A stretch of 63,781 bases of DNA, filler included, from Octopus bimaculoides (Eukaryota), in assembly GCF_001194135.2 (NCBI RefSeq). It is 5 parts of 5 records of this genome, joined end to end, with 100 filler letters (N's around TTAATTAATTAA, not from the genome) between each part and the next. Parts side by side here need not be neighbours in the genome. Positions count along the whole stretch, not along the records: positions 1 to 28,819 come from NC_068981.1; 4 more parts are not named here. One strand, 5' to 3'. The notes under the pieces were generated by a model that was not told the origin of the DNA, ran no database searches, and worked only from the letters and a program-made list of their open reading frames with translations. The translations under genes and the position numbers were made by a program. Positions 12,880-25,206 of the stretch are shown here, one piece after another; positions within the stretch are counted from its first letter, which is position 1, and every line of letters starts with the position of its first letter.

Positions 12880-13870
12880 ATAGATGTCTTTCAGGGCTCA
12901 CATTAGATGTCCTTCAGGACTCACAATAGATGTCTTTCAGGGCTCAACTCTCATCCTTTTCCTATTTATTATAGCTCTTTTGGCTATAACTGAGAGTTTA
13001 TGTATTGGCTGCCTGTGGAATTTTTATAGGATTAGAGAAGAAATTCTATATGGGGGGAAAAAAAATTCTAAAAATCAAGTGAATTTGAAGTAAACTTAAC
13101 GAAGGGCAAAATTTTAGTAAGTAGACAAGACAAATCCTTGCTGCTCTCAGAGAAATGACTGTACTTGGTATGCAGAAAAGGAGTAAGTGGAAATTCCATA
13201 TGGTGTACTCAAGAGGTGTAGTGGGATCACAAGCTGAGTGACAGAGAACATTAACTTCCTCTCTGGGTAGATGTATAGGATTAGTCAGCAGTGAGAGTAT
13301 ATGAGAAAGAGATACTTTCAAATAACTGGAAGGCTCCCTTGAAATAGTTGATGACTTGTTACCCAGGTGGTGTAATTAGTAGTGGAGGTAGAATGTTCTG
13401 AAAGCATAATAGCCAGAATAAGGTTGGGTTGGCAAAAGTTCAGGGGGCTATTACTTTTACTTGTAACAAAGTGTTTCTCTTTCAGATGAAGGGCTTATTG
13501 TACAATGCTTGTGTATGAAATATGATGCTACATGGTGGCGAAATCTAGGCCTTGAATCTGAAGGGTTTGTGAAAATAAGAAATAAATGTTACATGCTACA
13601 TGTTATGTAATGTTAGTGTGCATGGTCAGCAAAGTACAAATGAGTTGAGAGGAAAAGATAGACAGAATAGGAGTTGGATGTGCAAGAGAAGAATGCACTG
13701 GTATGGACAATTGCATAACGAAGTACTTAGTGCTTGAAGTTGATGGAATTTGTGGAAGAGGAACCTGGGAGAATATGGAGTAAAGTGATAAAGATTGCTG
13801 CTAGTGGCAACACATGTCCTTAGAAAAGACATGCTCCCATTACTAGCTCTGCAAAACAGATGTTAAAATG
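12880..13870 (+). mobile_element. Degenerate RTE LINE fragment
   Basis: DVFQGSTLILFLFIIALLAITE (RT motif, QGS) and later SESIIARIRLGWQKF..KGLLYNACV..HGGEI, the same C-terminal RTE segments seen at 56 kb. Confidence 0.65.
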
Positions 13871-15839
13871 GTGGTTGTGATTGAAGTTATGATGCATATT
13901 TACATCTACACCTCTTACACACTGTGTCCTGTTAAACTTCCATCTGCTAGCCTCTCCTACTTTGTGATTCTCTACTATAATGTACCAGGTCTCCTATATA
14001 ACAATGTCATTGCGGCTTATCCCCCCCCCTCTTACCATTATCCTTTTATCAGTTATTCTACTCTCCCAACACACTGCCTGTGTAATGAGGGATGGTATTG
14101 GATCTGACTATTAATCGTTCTTGTCACCCTTTCCCTCCTACTATTCCCTCCCTTATTCCTCATTATTGACACCCACTGCACCTATCTTTATTGCTATCCA
14201 TCGCACTCTCTCCCCAGCGCTCTCATTTCCATTACTCCCTCCTCCTTTACCTCCTTCCTGTCATACATCCTCCACCATGCCATTCAAACTGTTTTTCTGT
14301 TTTTATTTTCTTACAACTATCATGTAACTGCCTATAACCATCTCTCTTCTATTACTACCTCCTTTTTTTACCCTCGCTCATTGTGAATGTCTCTTCTGTT
14401 TCACTTTGCCTTTGGATCTCTCTGCTACTCACTTCTTGGTTATATTGTTTTGAACAAGTTGAGATAATTTGTTTTGCTGAGGACAAGACAACTTCTTCGC
14501 TGCTGGCTCAGTGATAAAACAAACCCATAGTACTCCATAAAAGTATTGGTATTAGGAAGGACGTCCACACCAAAAACAACTGTACAAGTGAGATGTAATC
14601 CCTGACTTTTTTAAGGAAGCCAGTAACTTCAAATAAGAACAGTGACTATCTCATCCAACCTATGATAGCATTGAAAATGGGTGGAAGATGATGGTAGTGA
14701 TGATGAATATACAAGATGAGATTGAATGTCTATCTATAAACTGACAAGTTGAAAGGTTTAAATACCAGTTCTGACTATGCAAGCAAGGAAAAAATAGACA
14801 TTAAAATGACTGGTAGTGCTGATGGTATTACTATTAAGGTATAACGAAGAAAAGAAACTGAAGTTAGGTATTAAAACAGTTTTTCAATATTTGATAGTAT
14901 AGATTATTGGGTGTGGCCTTGTGTCAACATAAACTTTTTTTATAGTTATAGAATGGTGAGTTGGCAGATATAAGAAATTGTGGAGTGTTGGATGAATACT
15001 TTGTAATATTTAGTTTTGTCAGGAGTTAAATCCCACCAGAGATTTACTTTGCTTTTTTTTTTTTTTTATACCTCATTTGTACAAATAAATGAATAAATTT
15101 GTAATACATTGAGGTTGATCTTACTTACTATACCATCATCATTTAATGTCCATTGTCCATGCTGGCATGGGTTGGACGGTTTGATCAGAGCTGGCAAGTT
15201 AAGGAGCTGCATCAGACTCCAGTCTGATTTGGCATGGTTTCTACAGCTGGATGCCATTCCCAATGCCAACCACTTTACAGAGTGTGCTGGGTGCTTTTAC
15301 ATAACACCACGTGGGTGCTTTTATGCGGAACTGCATGGGCACTTTTCATGGCACTGTAAAAACTTAAATGGAATCAGTCATCATTTTATACCCATTTAAA
15401 AAAAAAAACTTGTATGGGTTGTCCTGGTCTTCAGTATACTTGTTGCAATTATGATTTCTCTCCTGTGGTTCAGGGCCCTGGGATTAGCCTTAACCACTTT
15501 GTATGTTTTCCTTTTCTGCACTGTTTCTTCAATTTAGATTGCTTGGTACATTTTTCTTTTACTTAGCTGCCATCTTCCACACACATTAGAATATATTCAA
15601 TTAGTTTAATCTTAGTACTTGTTTAATTAAAGTTGATATTCCTTAGTTCTTGTTTAATCCCATTTACTTTTGTCTCTCTATATTCTGAATTAAAATTCTA
15701 GTTGGTTTCTTATTTTTTCTGGGTTAACGAACCAAACTTGATCCTGTTGGCTGTCCTTTACATAAATGATTTGGCTTTGAGCCCAGATCAAATATATATA
15801 TAACTCAAGCACCAGTTTTGTATATATATATATATATAA

Positions 15840-16165
15840 CTGGTACTCCGTCAGTTACAACGACGAGATGAAGGTTCCACTTGAACTGATCAATGGAACA
15901 GCCTGCTTGTGAAATTAATGTGCAAGCGGTTGAGTACTCCACAGACACATGTACCCTTAACATAGTTCTCAGAGAAATTCAGTGTGACACAGAGTGTATT
16001 AAGGCTGACCCTTTGAAATACAGGTACTACTCACTGTTGCCTGCTGAGTGGGCTAAAGCAATGTGAAATAAAGTGTCTTGCTCAAGGACACACATGCTAC
16101 CAGATATCAAACTCATGACCTTATGATTGTGAGCCAAATACCCCAAACACTAAACTAGGCACCTT
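15840..16165 (-). mobile_element. tRNA-headed SINE, family C2
   Basis: Same head/core as C1 (GTCCTTGAGCAAGACACTT...CCACTCAGC) but a different 3' body. A homologous copy lies at 34325-34612. Confidence 0.7.
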
Positions 16166-16413
16166 CACCACATACAAAGTTGGGCAAAAGTCACCTGAGA
16201 GTAAATAAAAATTCCATAAATATTTAATATTCAATTTTATTTATTCATTCCAATTATGAATGTTTACAAGAAGGACATCAGTTTGAAAAATTTTCTTGAC
16301 GTTTCATATTTAGATGCTTTTATTAAATACATTCAGTTGTTAAACATAAATAAATCTTGGAATTAAATGGTTTTGATTTACTATCAGGTGACTTTTGGCC
16401 AAACCTTTATATA

Positions 16414-16444
<31 letters not shown>

Positions 16445-16510
16445 NNNNNNNNNNNNNNNNNNNNNNNNNNNNNNNNNNNNNNNNNNNNNNNNNNNNNNNN
16501 NNNATATATA

Positions 16511-16895
16511 TAGGCACAGGAGTGGCTGTGTGGTAAGGAGCTTGCTTGCCAACCACATGGTTCTAGGTTCATTTCTACTCTGTGGCACCTTGGGCAAGTG
16601 TCTTCTACTATAGCCTTGTGCCGATCAAAGCCTTGTGAATGGATGTTAGACGGAAACTAATCGAAGCCCGTTGTATATGTTATATGTGTGTATATTTATA
16701 TATGTATATGTGTGTGACTCTGTTTGTCCTCACCATCACTTGACACTGGTGTTAGTTTGTTTACTTTTCGTAACGTAGCGGTCTGGCAAAAGTGACTCGA
16801 TAGAATAAGTACCAGGCTTTAAAAATGAACGTACTGGGGGGCCAATTCAGTCGACTTAAATTCTTCAAGGTGATGCCCCAGTATGGCTGGAATCT
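16511..16895 (+). mobile_element. SINE family A, full length
   Basis: GGCACAGGAGTGGCTGTGTGGTAAG head, core, internal TA/TG repeat and 3' part. Confidence 0.8.
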
Positions 16896-17184
16896 ATATG
16901 TGTGTGTGTGTGTGTTGAGGCTCATGGCTTAGTGATTAGGGTGTTGGACTCATGATAGTAAGATTGTGGTTTCAATTCCTGGACTGGACGACACATTGTG
17001 TTCTTGAACAAAACATGATGTTCCTCAGTTCACCCAGTTGGCAAAAATGAGTAATCATGTGATAGACTGACACCCTGTCCAGGAGATGAATATATACACC
17101 ACAGAAACTGTGAAAGCAGTCCCATAAGTCCATATAATTCTGGAAGGATCTATAGCCTTTCTATAGCCTTTGTATTATATTCTT

Positions 17185-17612
17185 TTTTCTTTTGCTTGTT
17201 TCAGTCATTTTGACTGTGGCCATGCTGAAGCACCGCCTTTAGTCGAACAAATTGACCCCCAGGACCTATTCTTTGTAAGCCTAGTATTCATTCTATTGGT
17301 CTCTTTTGCCGAACTGCTAAGTTATGGGGATGTAAACACACCAACATCAGTTGTCAAGCGACGGTGGGGGAAGGGGGACAAACACAGACACACACAAATA
17401 TATATATATATATATAGGTGAGAAAGTTGATATATATATATACATACATACATACACGACAGGCTTCTTTCAGTTTCTGTCTACTAAATCTACTCACAAG
17501 GCTTTGGTTGGCCCAAGGCTATAGCAGAAGACGCTTGCCCAAGGAACTGGAACTGAACCCAGAACCATGTGGTTGGGAAGCAAGCTTCTTACCACACAGC
17601 CACGCCTGTGTG
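17185..17612 (-). mobile_element. SINE family A, full length, inverted relative to 16511-16895
   Basis: Reverse complement of all family A modules. Confidence 0.8.
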
Positions 17613-18310
17613 CCCGCGCACACATAACACACACACACACACGCACAACACTCACGCACACACACACACACACACACACACTGGAGAATTTGAAAAATTA
17701 GACTGAATCAGTTAAATCAGTAGAAACAAATAACATTCAGGTTTGATGTTCTCAGGTGTAACATAATGATTTCTACCATGTCTTTGGTATCTCTGACAGC
17801 CATTTTTTGCACAGCTGTCTGCTGTTTTTCTTGAAGCATGCATGATCTTTTTGCATTGTCCATATTAGCATAGTTGTCTCCCCTCTATACATTAATACCT
17901 TCTGTACTTGGACACTTTCTGAATTTGCTTGAACTTTATCATTTCCCTTGGCCAACCAAGAGTGATTTCATTTTTACTTTTTTCTTTAAATACTGGCACT
18001 GACTTTTTTTTCAATGTTTAGCCAATGTAAAGGAAGTCAATAATTATACTGGATTGTTGTTCAGCCCCAGATCAACCTTAAATAAGCAGATTTACAATGA
18101 AAGGCATACCAATTTATATGACTATTCTGTCTTTTTTTCAGGTGTACTAGTATCTATATCTAGGATTACATTATTTTCACATCTACTTCCTTCTTTCTTT
18201 GAAACTCTGGATGTTATTTGTGAGAGATTTGATTGCTATTTCTAGTAGACAGAGTGACCATGTGGAGGTTCGCTCATTGACTCAACAGAAATATGTTTGA
18301 AATAGCATGT

Positions 18311-18352
<42 letters not shown>

Positions 18353-19014
18353 CGTGGCTATTATGCAAAAGTTTCGTAAGTCCAAAACATTGCTTTTTCC
18401 GAAAACGAAAAAATAGTGTCACCATTCCATTTCTTTTTACGTTAGCAACAGTTTCAGCTTAACAGTAATACTTTGTTGGGTGCATAAAATCGTAACTCCA
18501 TCCATGTATGATATTTTTAGTCAGAAATATTTTTTCTAAACTGGCGTGTGTGGGACGCTTTTGAAAAATGCTAAACCGTTGTACTACACTTTGACAATTT
18601 TCATAACTTGGCATCTGAAGCAGCTGGAAATACAATAGTCTGACTGAAAGAACTGGCTATTGCAAGCAAAATTAAATATTGAAAAAACAAAAACACATTT
18701 GGCCGAATTTGGACATACAACAGTTTAACATAATAACAACGGTATATAATTATATATATATATATGAACATTATTGACTACTCCTGATTAATGTACATGT
18801 TTCGTGAGTTTGTTGATAGGCTGCGATTTTGCATGGTGGAGATAACTTCCTCAAAGCATTGGGTGTTAAGACCCTTGAAAGTCATGGACAGGCAAGACTC
18901 CTCACCTCAAATCCCATTCAGGAGCAATGGACATCGATGTTTTGCCATTTTTGTGGCTTATCAAAATCATGTAACCAAATGGAATTTGAGGTGAATTGTA
19001 CAACCAGTCCACAA

Positions 19015-19077
<63 letters not shown>

Positions 19078-20778
19078 TTGTGTGTGTGTGTGCTTGTGTA
19101 GACCTTTTAAACCAAGTGAGACTGTAGTTGTGGCTGATGTCAGTGTTGGTCAATGGCATGTAAAAAACACCCACTAAACTCTTGGAGTGGTTGGCATTAG
19201 GAAGGGCATCCAACTGCAAGAACCTTGCCAAATCAGATTGGAACCTGGTGCAGCTCCCTGACTTACCAGTTTTCACTCATACTGTCCAACCCATGCCAAC
19301 ATGTTAACTGATGATGATGATGATGATATATATATATATATATATTTATATATAAATAAATAAAAACATGAAAATATTGATTTCTAACTTTTGCAAAAGC
19401 TGCAAATTTGTAGGGAAGGTATTAATTGAAAGAATATATAACTTGTACTTATTCTATTTAGATTGCTGTGATGGAAGAGAAAGCTTACTCTGTTGTGGCT
19501 TGTTTGTAATTAAATGCTGCTGGGTATTTAGTGTAACACTTTGTCAATTATGTTATTTCATAGCCTTCATATACAACTTTAAAATATAAAGGAAGCATTT
19601 TATGTATTTGATCTGAGACTGTGTGGTGAAACTAAAACAATTACAGCATGGAACACACATATTAGCCATTCAAAAACACATACTGACTGTTAACTCCACT
19701 TAAATATTTATTATTTGGTGTTAACAATTTTTGTTGCACCAACTGCAACCTGGTCATTGATGTGATTCCACTGCAACCAAGTTTCAGTTGGTATGATGAA
19801 AATTTTGACACAAAATTAATAAATGTTTCAGTGAAGTTAATGGTGTATTATTTTGAATGGCTAATTTGTCTTCGATACTGTAGTACTACTCAAGAGACAA
19901 AAGAATCCACCCAGTACTGAAGGAACTATCCGGTTCCCTCAATTTATATAAATTACTTAAGAACTAGATGGGTATCAAAATAATAAAGCATGAAACAACT
20001 TTAGCTAGATTGGTTAATGTAGGAAACTGCTCTACAAGAACAAATATATTAATGGTATATGTTCTTATGGTCAAAGAGGATCTCCAGGAGCTACATTATC
20101 TATTTCAACTTTGTCTTTTGTCCTCCTGGGGGCCGATAAAAGAAATACCAGCTCAGCACAGTGGATTGGCAGACATTTAAGAATGTTGAAGTTGATGCCA
20201 TTTGTCCTGGCTCTTTGCATTCTGAGTTCAAATCCCACCATTACTGACTTTGTAGTGGACTTCATCCATTCATTGCCTTATTTAACACTATAACCTGGCA
20301 CTTTGGATGTCTTTAGTAGAGGGACTCTGCTGCAAGCATTATAATTAGATGTCTGGTTTGAGGATATATTCCTCCCTTCCACACTTCTCAGAGACCCTGC
20401 AAAGAGTCATGGGCACTGCATGTCCGTCCTGACAAGATAAAAAAACAAGAAGACAGTAAAATTCCTTTGTATTATTCTCATATGATTTTGTGCATACAGA
20501 TCATATTAATGTAATACTCTTCTCAACACACACACACACACACATACTCTCTCTCTCTCTCATATATACATACGTAAATACTCCTAGATAAACAACAGGA
20601 TAAGGATGGATTCATATATGAACAGATTTTGTAGATTTATTTAGACTTAGCTTTCTGAATGCTCAGTTATTCTAATTGTTAATCTTTCATGAATTAATCT
20701 GGGTGATTATATAATCTGATTGACATGATTGTTTTCTCTATTGTCTCTAAGAATATGTGTATGTATGAGTGTGTGTGC

Positions 20779-20862
<84 letters not shown>

Positions 20863-22088
20863 GTACATGTATATAGATATATATAAAACTTACCTTTCAG
20901 AATGAGATTGACCGGTTTGAAATCAAGTTATTATAAATGATAAATGTTTGTGCATAATTGTAGCATTTGTGGAGTGCAAGTCTGATTCTGAATGTATTTT
21001 TGTGAAAAAAAAAAAAAAAAAAGTTCCACATTTGTTTTTGGAATGGTTTTTAAAAAAAATTTGATCATCTTAATTTTGGAGGTGTACTTACCAGGCAAGT
21101 GATTTGATCTGACTGTGTGTTGAAACTAAAACAATTACAATGTGGAAGATGCATAGTAGCCATACAAAAACACACAGAGTCTTTCAGCTTCACTTAAACA
21201 TTTATCAGTTGTTGTGGTGAAAATTTTGATGCCAAATAATAAATGTTTAAGTGTGCTCTTGAATGTTGTAATTAGTCATTTTAATGTTATTGATATAAGT
21301 GTTTTAATTACTGTGAAACCATCTCTCAGTTAAAATTCATTGTGAGAGCCTCCAATGAATTTTAACTGAGAGATGAAAATTTATTCTTTCATAAGTTCTT
21401 ATCTCAGCTTACCATTATAACACCTCATTATGAGTGAAGTTTACTGAGTGAGGTTTCTCAGCAAGTAATTAGCGGTCTGAACTCTTAGTGAGAAAGGAGG
21501 CTGTTCCATCAGCTGTACGTGATCATCTTAAATCCACTCGACCCCTTCTTTGTCAACAATCTATCTCTTTGGTTTGATTATCTGATTACAAGTACCATCA
21601 ACTGTCTTTATTAACTAATCATCAGATGTTTTTCATCTACATCTCATTGAGGACATCTATATCAGCTTTTCTCTCTTTAAAGTCCTCTTTCTCAGTAACA
21701 TTGATTCCACAAATCTTTCCAGTTGAAAAAAATTTGATTAACAAATTTTATCTATGTAATTATTGATGTAGACAAGTTTAGGAAATTTCTTTCTGTCATC
21801 ACTTTTCTTGTAATGTATTAGTGGTAATTTAAGTTGGCTTAGAAGCTAGGATTTTCCATTAAACCTTTTTTTATATCATTAACTAGGAAATTGAAGCATA
21901 AATTCAAATGTGTTAGAAATTTTGAATTTTCCATTTCTAGTATTTAGTTTAAGTTGCAATTAGTTAAAAAAAAAACCTTTTAAACAAACCCAATAAAAAG
22001 ATTTAATTTTATGAAGTGAATGCTTGAAAGTATAAAGATAAAATTTGATGGTTAAAATACTTTTAATTCTCTTCATATCTTTTTCAGA

Positions 22089-25000
22089 ATGTCTCAGCCA
22101 GTAGCACCTTGGAATCCAGATAATTACGGGAACCAGTCTGGCAGTGTTGGACCAGTGACATTTTATAATCCTGCTGAATTTCAAAATAATGTTCCAAGCA
22201 ACCAGTTTGCTGGTACTTCATTCCAACCATTGCCTGAAGGTAATACAGTGTCTACTATTACAGACCAACCAATAACTACTGCCGAATGTAATATTAGTAA
22301 TCAACAAGCTCAGTTACAAACTGTAGCTCCTACAATATTTCAGCCATCTAATTGTAACAATGTTCAGCCTGCTAACCAGGTGCCACCCGATAAAGATTCT
22401 TTGAACCAGCTAAATGCATCTACAGATAGCAATAATACTGTTAATGGCACGTGGGACCCAAACCCTGCATGGGGAGACCATTCAAGTTCTTTCTTTGGTA
22501 ACCAGTTCACTGGAATGGGGCAGTATCATGAACACAACGTTAGTTCTGTAAACAGTGTTGGAAATGATTCCCATGGAAATAATATTTCTGGTCATGAACA
22601 AATTTCAACAGGTACAATTCAGTATTTTGACCAAAATCAGAACTTGCCAGCTGGAATGAATCAGGATTTATCAGGTGAACAAATGTGGCCAAATATACTA
22701 TCACCAAACACACAACAGTGGCCTAGTGATACTTCTAATAATGTTCTTCCGCAGACCTATTTTTCATCAGATTCTAGTAATTCACAACCAACCAACCAGT
22801 CTAACTATTCTGCATATCAGAGCCCTTCACCCATGTTGTTATCTACACCTGTTCAAGACCCCAGTTCATCTCTTCAAACTCCAGGACAAAAAATAATAGC
22901 GACAACAGAATCAAGATATTTTTCTCAAACACCTGATAATAATCAAGCTGTTCATTCTCAGAATAGCTGGCCTCAAGTTTCTAATATAGCTGTTAGTAAA
23001 CCTCTAGAAGCATGTGAGCAGCAAACAACTGCTGCTGCATTTTTTAATCAGAGTAATACTGGTTTAGATAACTCTCTGTGGGAGCCCACAAAAAACTTGT
23101 CAAATTCTAATCCACCAGTTGGGGTTTTTCAACCACAAAATTATCCAGTTTTAATGAAAAATGACTCCTATCCAGAACCGAATTCTGTACCTGTTACAGC
23201 AACTCTCTCAAACCAGACAGTTGCTGAAAATTTAAATACATCAGTTGCACAAGCTTTTTCTGTTGGTAACAAATCACAGTCTATTGGGAACAGTGTACAA
23301 AATAGTGCTGCTAGTGTTGCAGAAGTTAGTAATAAATTTAATGAAATTTCACTAAATGCATTGTCTGAGGATTCTGTTCCAACATCAACTGAGGCTGCTA
23401 GTTTTGTTCAACAAAATCATCAGCAGCAGCATTTGCCTTTGGATTCCATAACGAATGTCAACTTGCATGATTCATTCATCACTGAAAATAAAAGCTCAAA
23501 CTCAAATGACTGCAGTCAGTACATGAAACATGGCTTACCACAGTCCACAGAGACTCCTGACCAGGAGTTCATTAATAACTGTAAAGAACATGCTAATACT
23601 TCTAGTCAGGTTCATCCAATTACAAATGCAATTGTACTTGATAGCTTTAATACAGAGAATTCAAATTTTCAAAATGAACATTTTTCTTTTCCTCAGCTTG
23701 CACCGTCCTCTACAATTAAGGAGACTTCAAATCAAGATGTGATACCAAAACCAGCTGAACGGCATCATAATTATGACCCCCAGAATGAAATAGTGGCAGC
23801 CCCAACTCCGCCTTTGGAGGAGTTGGATCAGCTCAAAGAAAGTATGAAACAGATTCCTAATACTTCCAATATTAATAATACATTTGAATCAGTTGCTAAC
23901 TCTAAGAAAGAAATGACAACAAAATTTGGCTCAGAGCAAACTACATCTTTGAGAAAGGACCATATGCTAAACGTTTTTGTAAGTGAAATTCAGCCAAGAG
24001 AATCTAGCCCATTCCAGCCCCCTCCTCCAAGGCAAAATTCTGTAGAAGGAAATCGTCCACAATCCATCTCCAGAGGAAGTTCTCAAGAGAGTAGTCGAAG
24101 TTTGCGAAGCAGTGTTCATGGAGAATCCAGTTCTAAAGGAAATCAGAGCCTTAGAGGAAGTGCAAATAAAAGTGATCCATCTCTTCAAGACTGTTGGTCA
24201 AATTCTGGTGTTCAGTCATTTTTACGACAAGGATCACAGGAGAGCATTCGATCTGTAGAATCCAGTACGTCACGACCCTCTATGGAACAGATTGAAGAAC
24301 GTGCTAAAGACACAAAGAGTCTTATGCCACCACCAAAAAATGTAAACCGACATGATCAAACCTCTGCAGCAATCAGGGCCAATGCAGTTGATGCAGCTCG
24401 TTTACAAGACTGCATGTCACCTATGACCACATTATGGGATAATCCCCAGATATCATCAAGTGGCATAATTCTTGTGCCCAGCATGCCTGTGGTCAGTTCT
24501 GAAAGTTCTACAGCTTTTTCTCTTGTGGCTAAAGGATCTAGTACTACTTCAGGAAACAAAAATATCACTGCAGAAACTTCTGTTGCAAGTAAGCTCTCTT
24601 TGGATGCCACTAATGACACAACTAACAACAGCAGCGACAAATTGGACAGTTCCCAACCTTTGACATCAACTCCAAACTCTTCAAAAACTGCTACTAGTAA
24701 TCATGATAGTTCTCCAATAAAACCGGAGTTTAAAAACTCCCCACAACAATATGAAGAAGGCCATACAAAAAAAGACTTTCATGGATCTCATGACCCTCAC
24801 AGTTCTTGGAGTGTTCATGATGCAAGATTTCCACAGAACTCACAAGATCGTCCTGATTTCAGAGGCTCTCGTGACTCTTTGGATATCCGGGATTCAAAAG
24901 GTTATCGAGATCATGACTTTCATGGGTCTAGAGAATCTTTAGATTTGCGAGATTCTAAACATTCTCGTGATTACCGAGATCGTGAGCCAGTGGATTTTAG

Positions 25001-25206
25001 AGGTTCAAAAGGAAGAGACAGGGATTACCGTCATCCTCGAGAATATGATTATGATTATCGAATGCGTTATCACAAGAATCCACGATATGACGTTTACTAT
25101 GATCGACCTTTGAGTCGATCTGAATTTGAACGTTATGGAGAATACAACAGTTACTACCGTGATGAAGAACATCATGAATCATATGAAAGGCCACGTTCTA
25201 GGCAGG
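22089..25206 (+). CDS. SEC16: SEC16-like ER exit site scaffold protein, large first coding exon (N-terminal disordered region)
   Basis: 1040-codon ORF in non-repetitive DNA. Acceptor TTTTTCAG|A-ATG (AG 22086-22087) and donor CAGG|GTTAGT (GT 25207-25208, phase 1). The S/Q/N/P-rich protein contains FYNPAEF and TTLWDNPQ..GIILVP (recalls TTLWAQ..NVLLAP of vertebrate SEC16A) and ends in an R/D/Y-rich tract with ERPRSRQ. A single >3 kb first coding exon is also typical of SEC16A. The central conserved domain was not seen. Confidence 0.75.

Noticed and set aside
22675-25194. Short ORFs overlapping the SEC16 exon on other frames or the opposite strand
   Set aside because: Shadow ORFs of the long coding exon.
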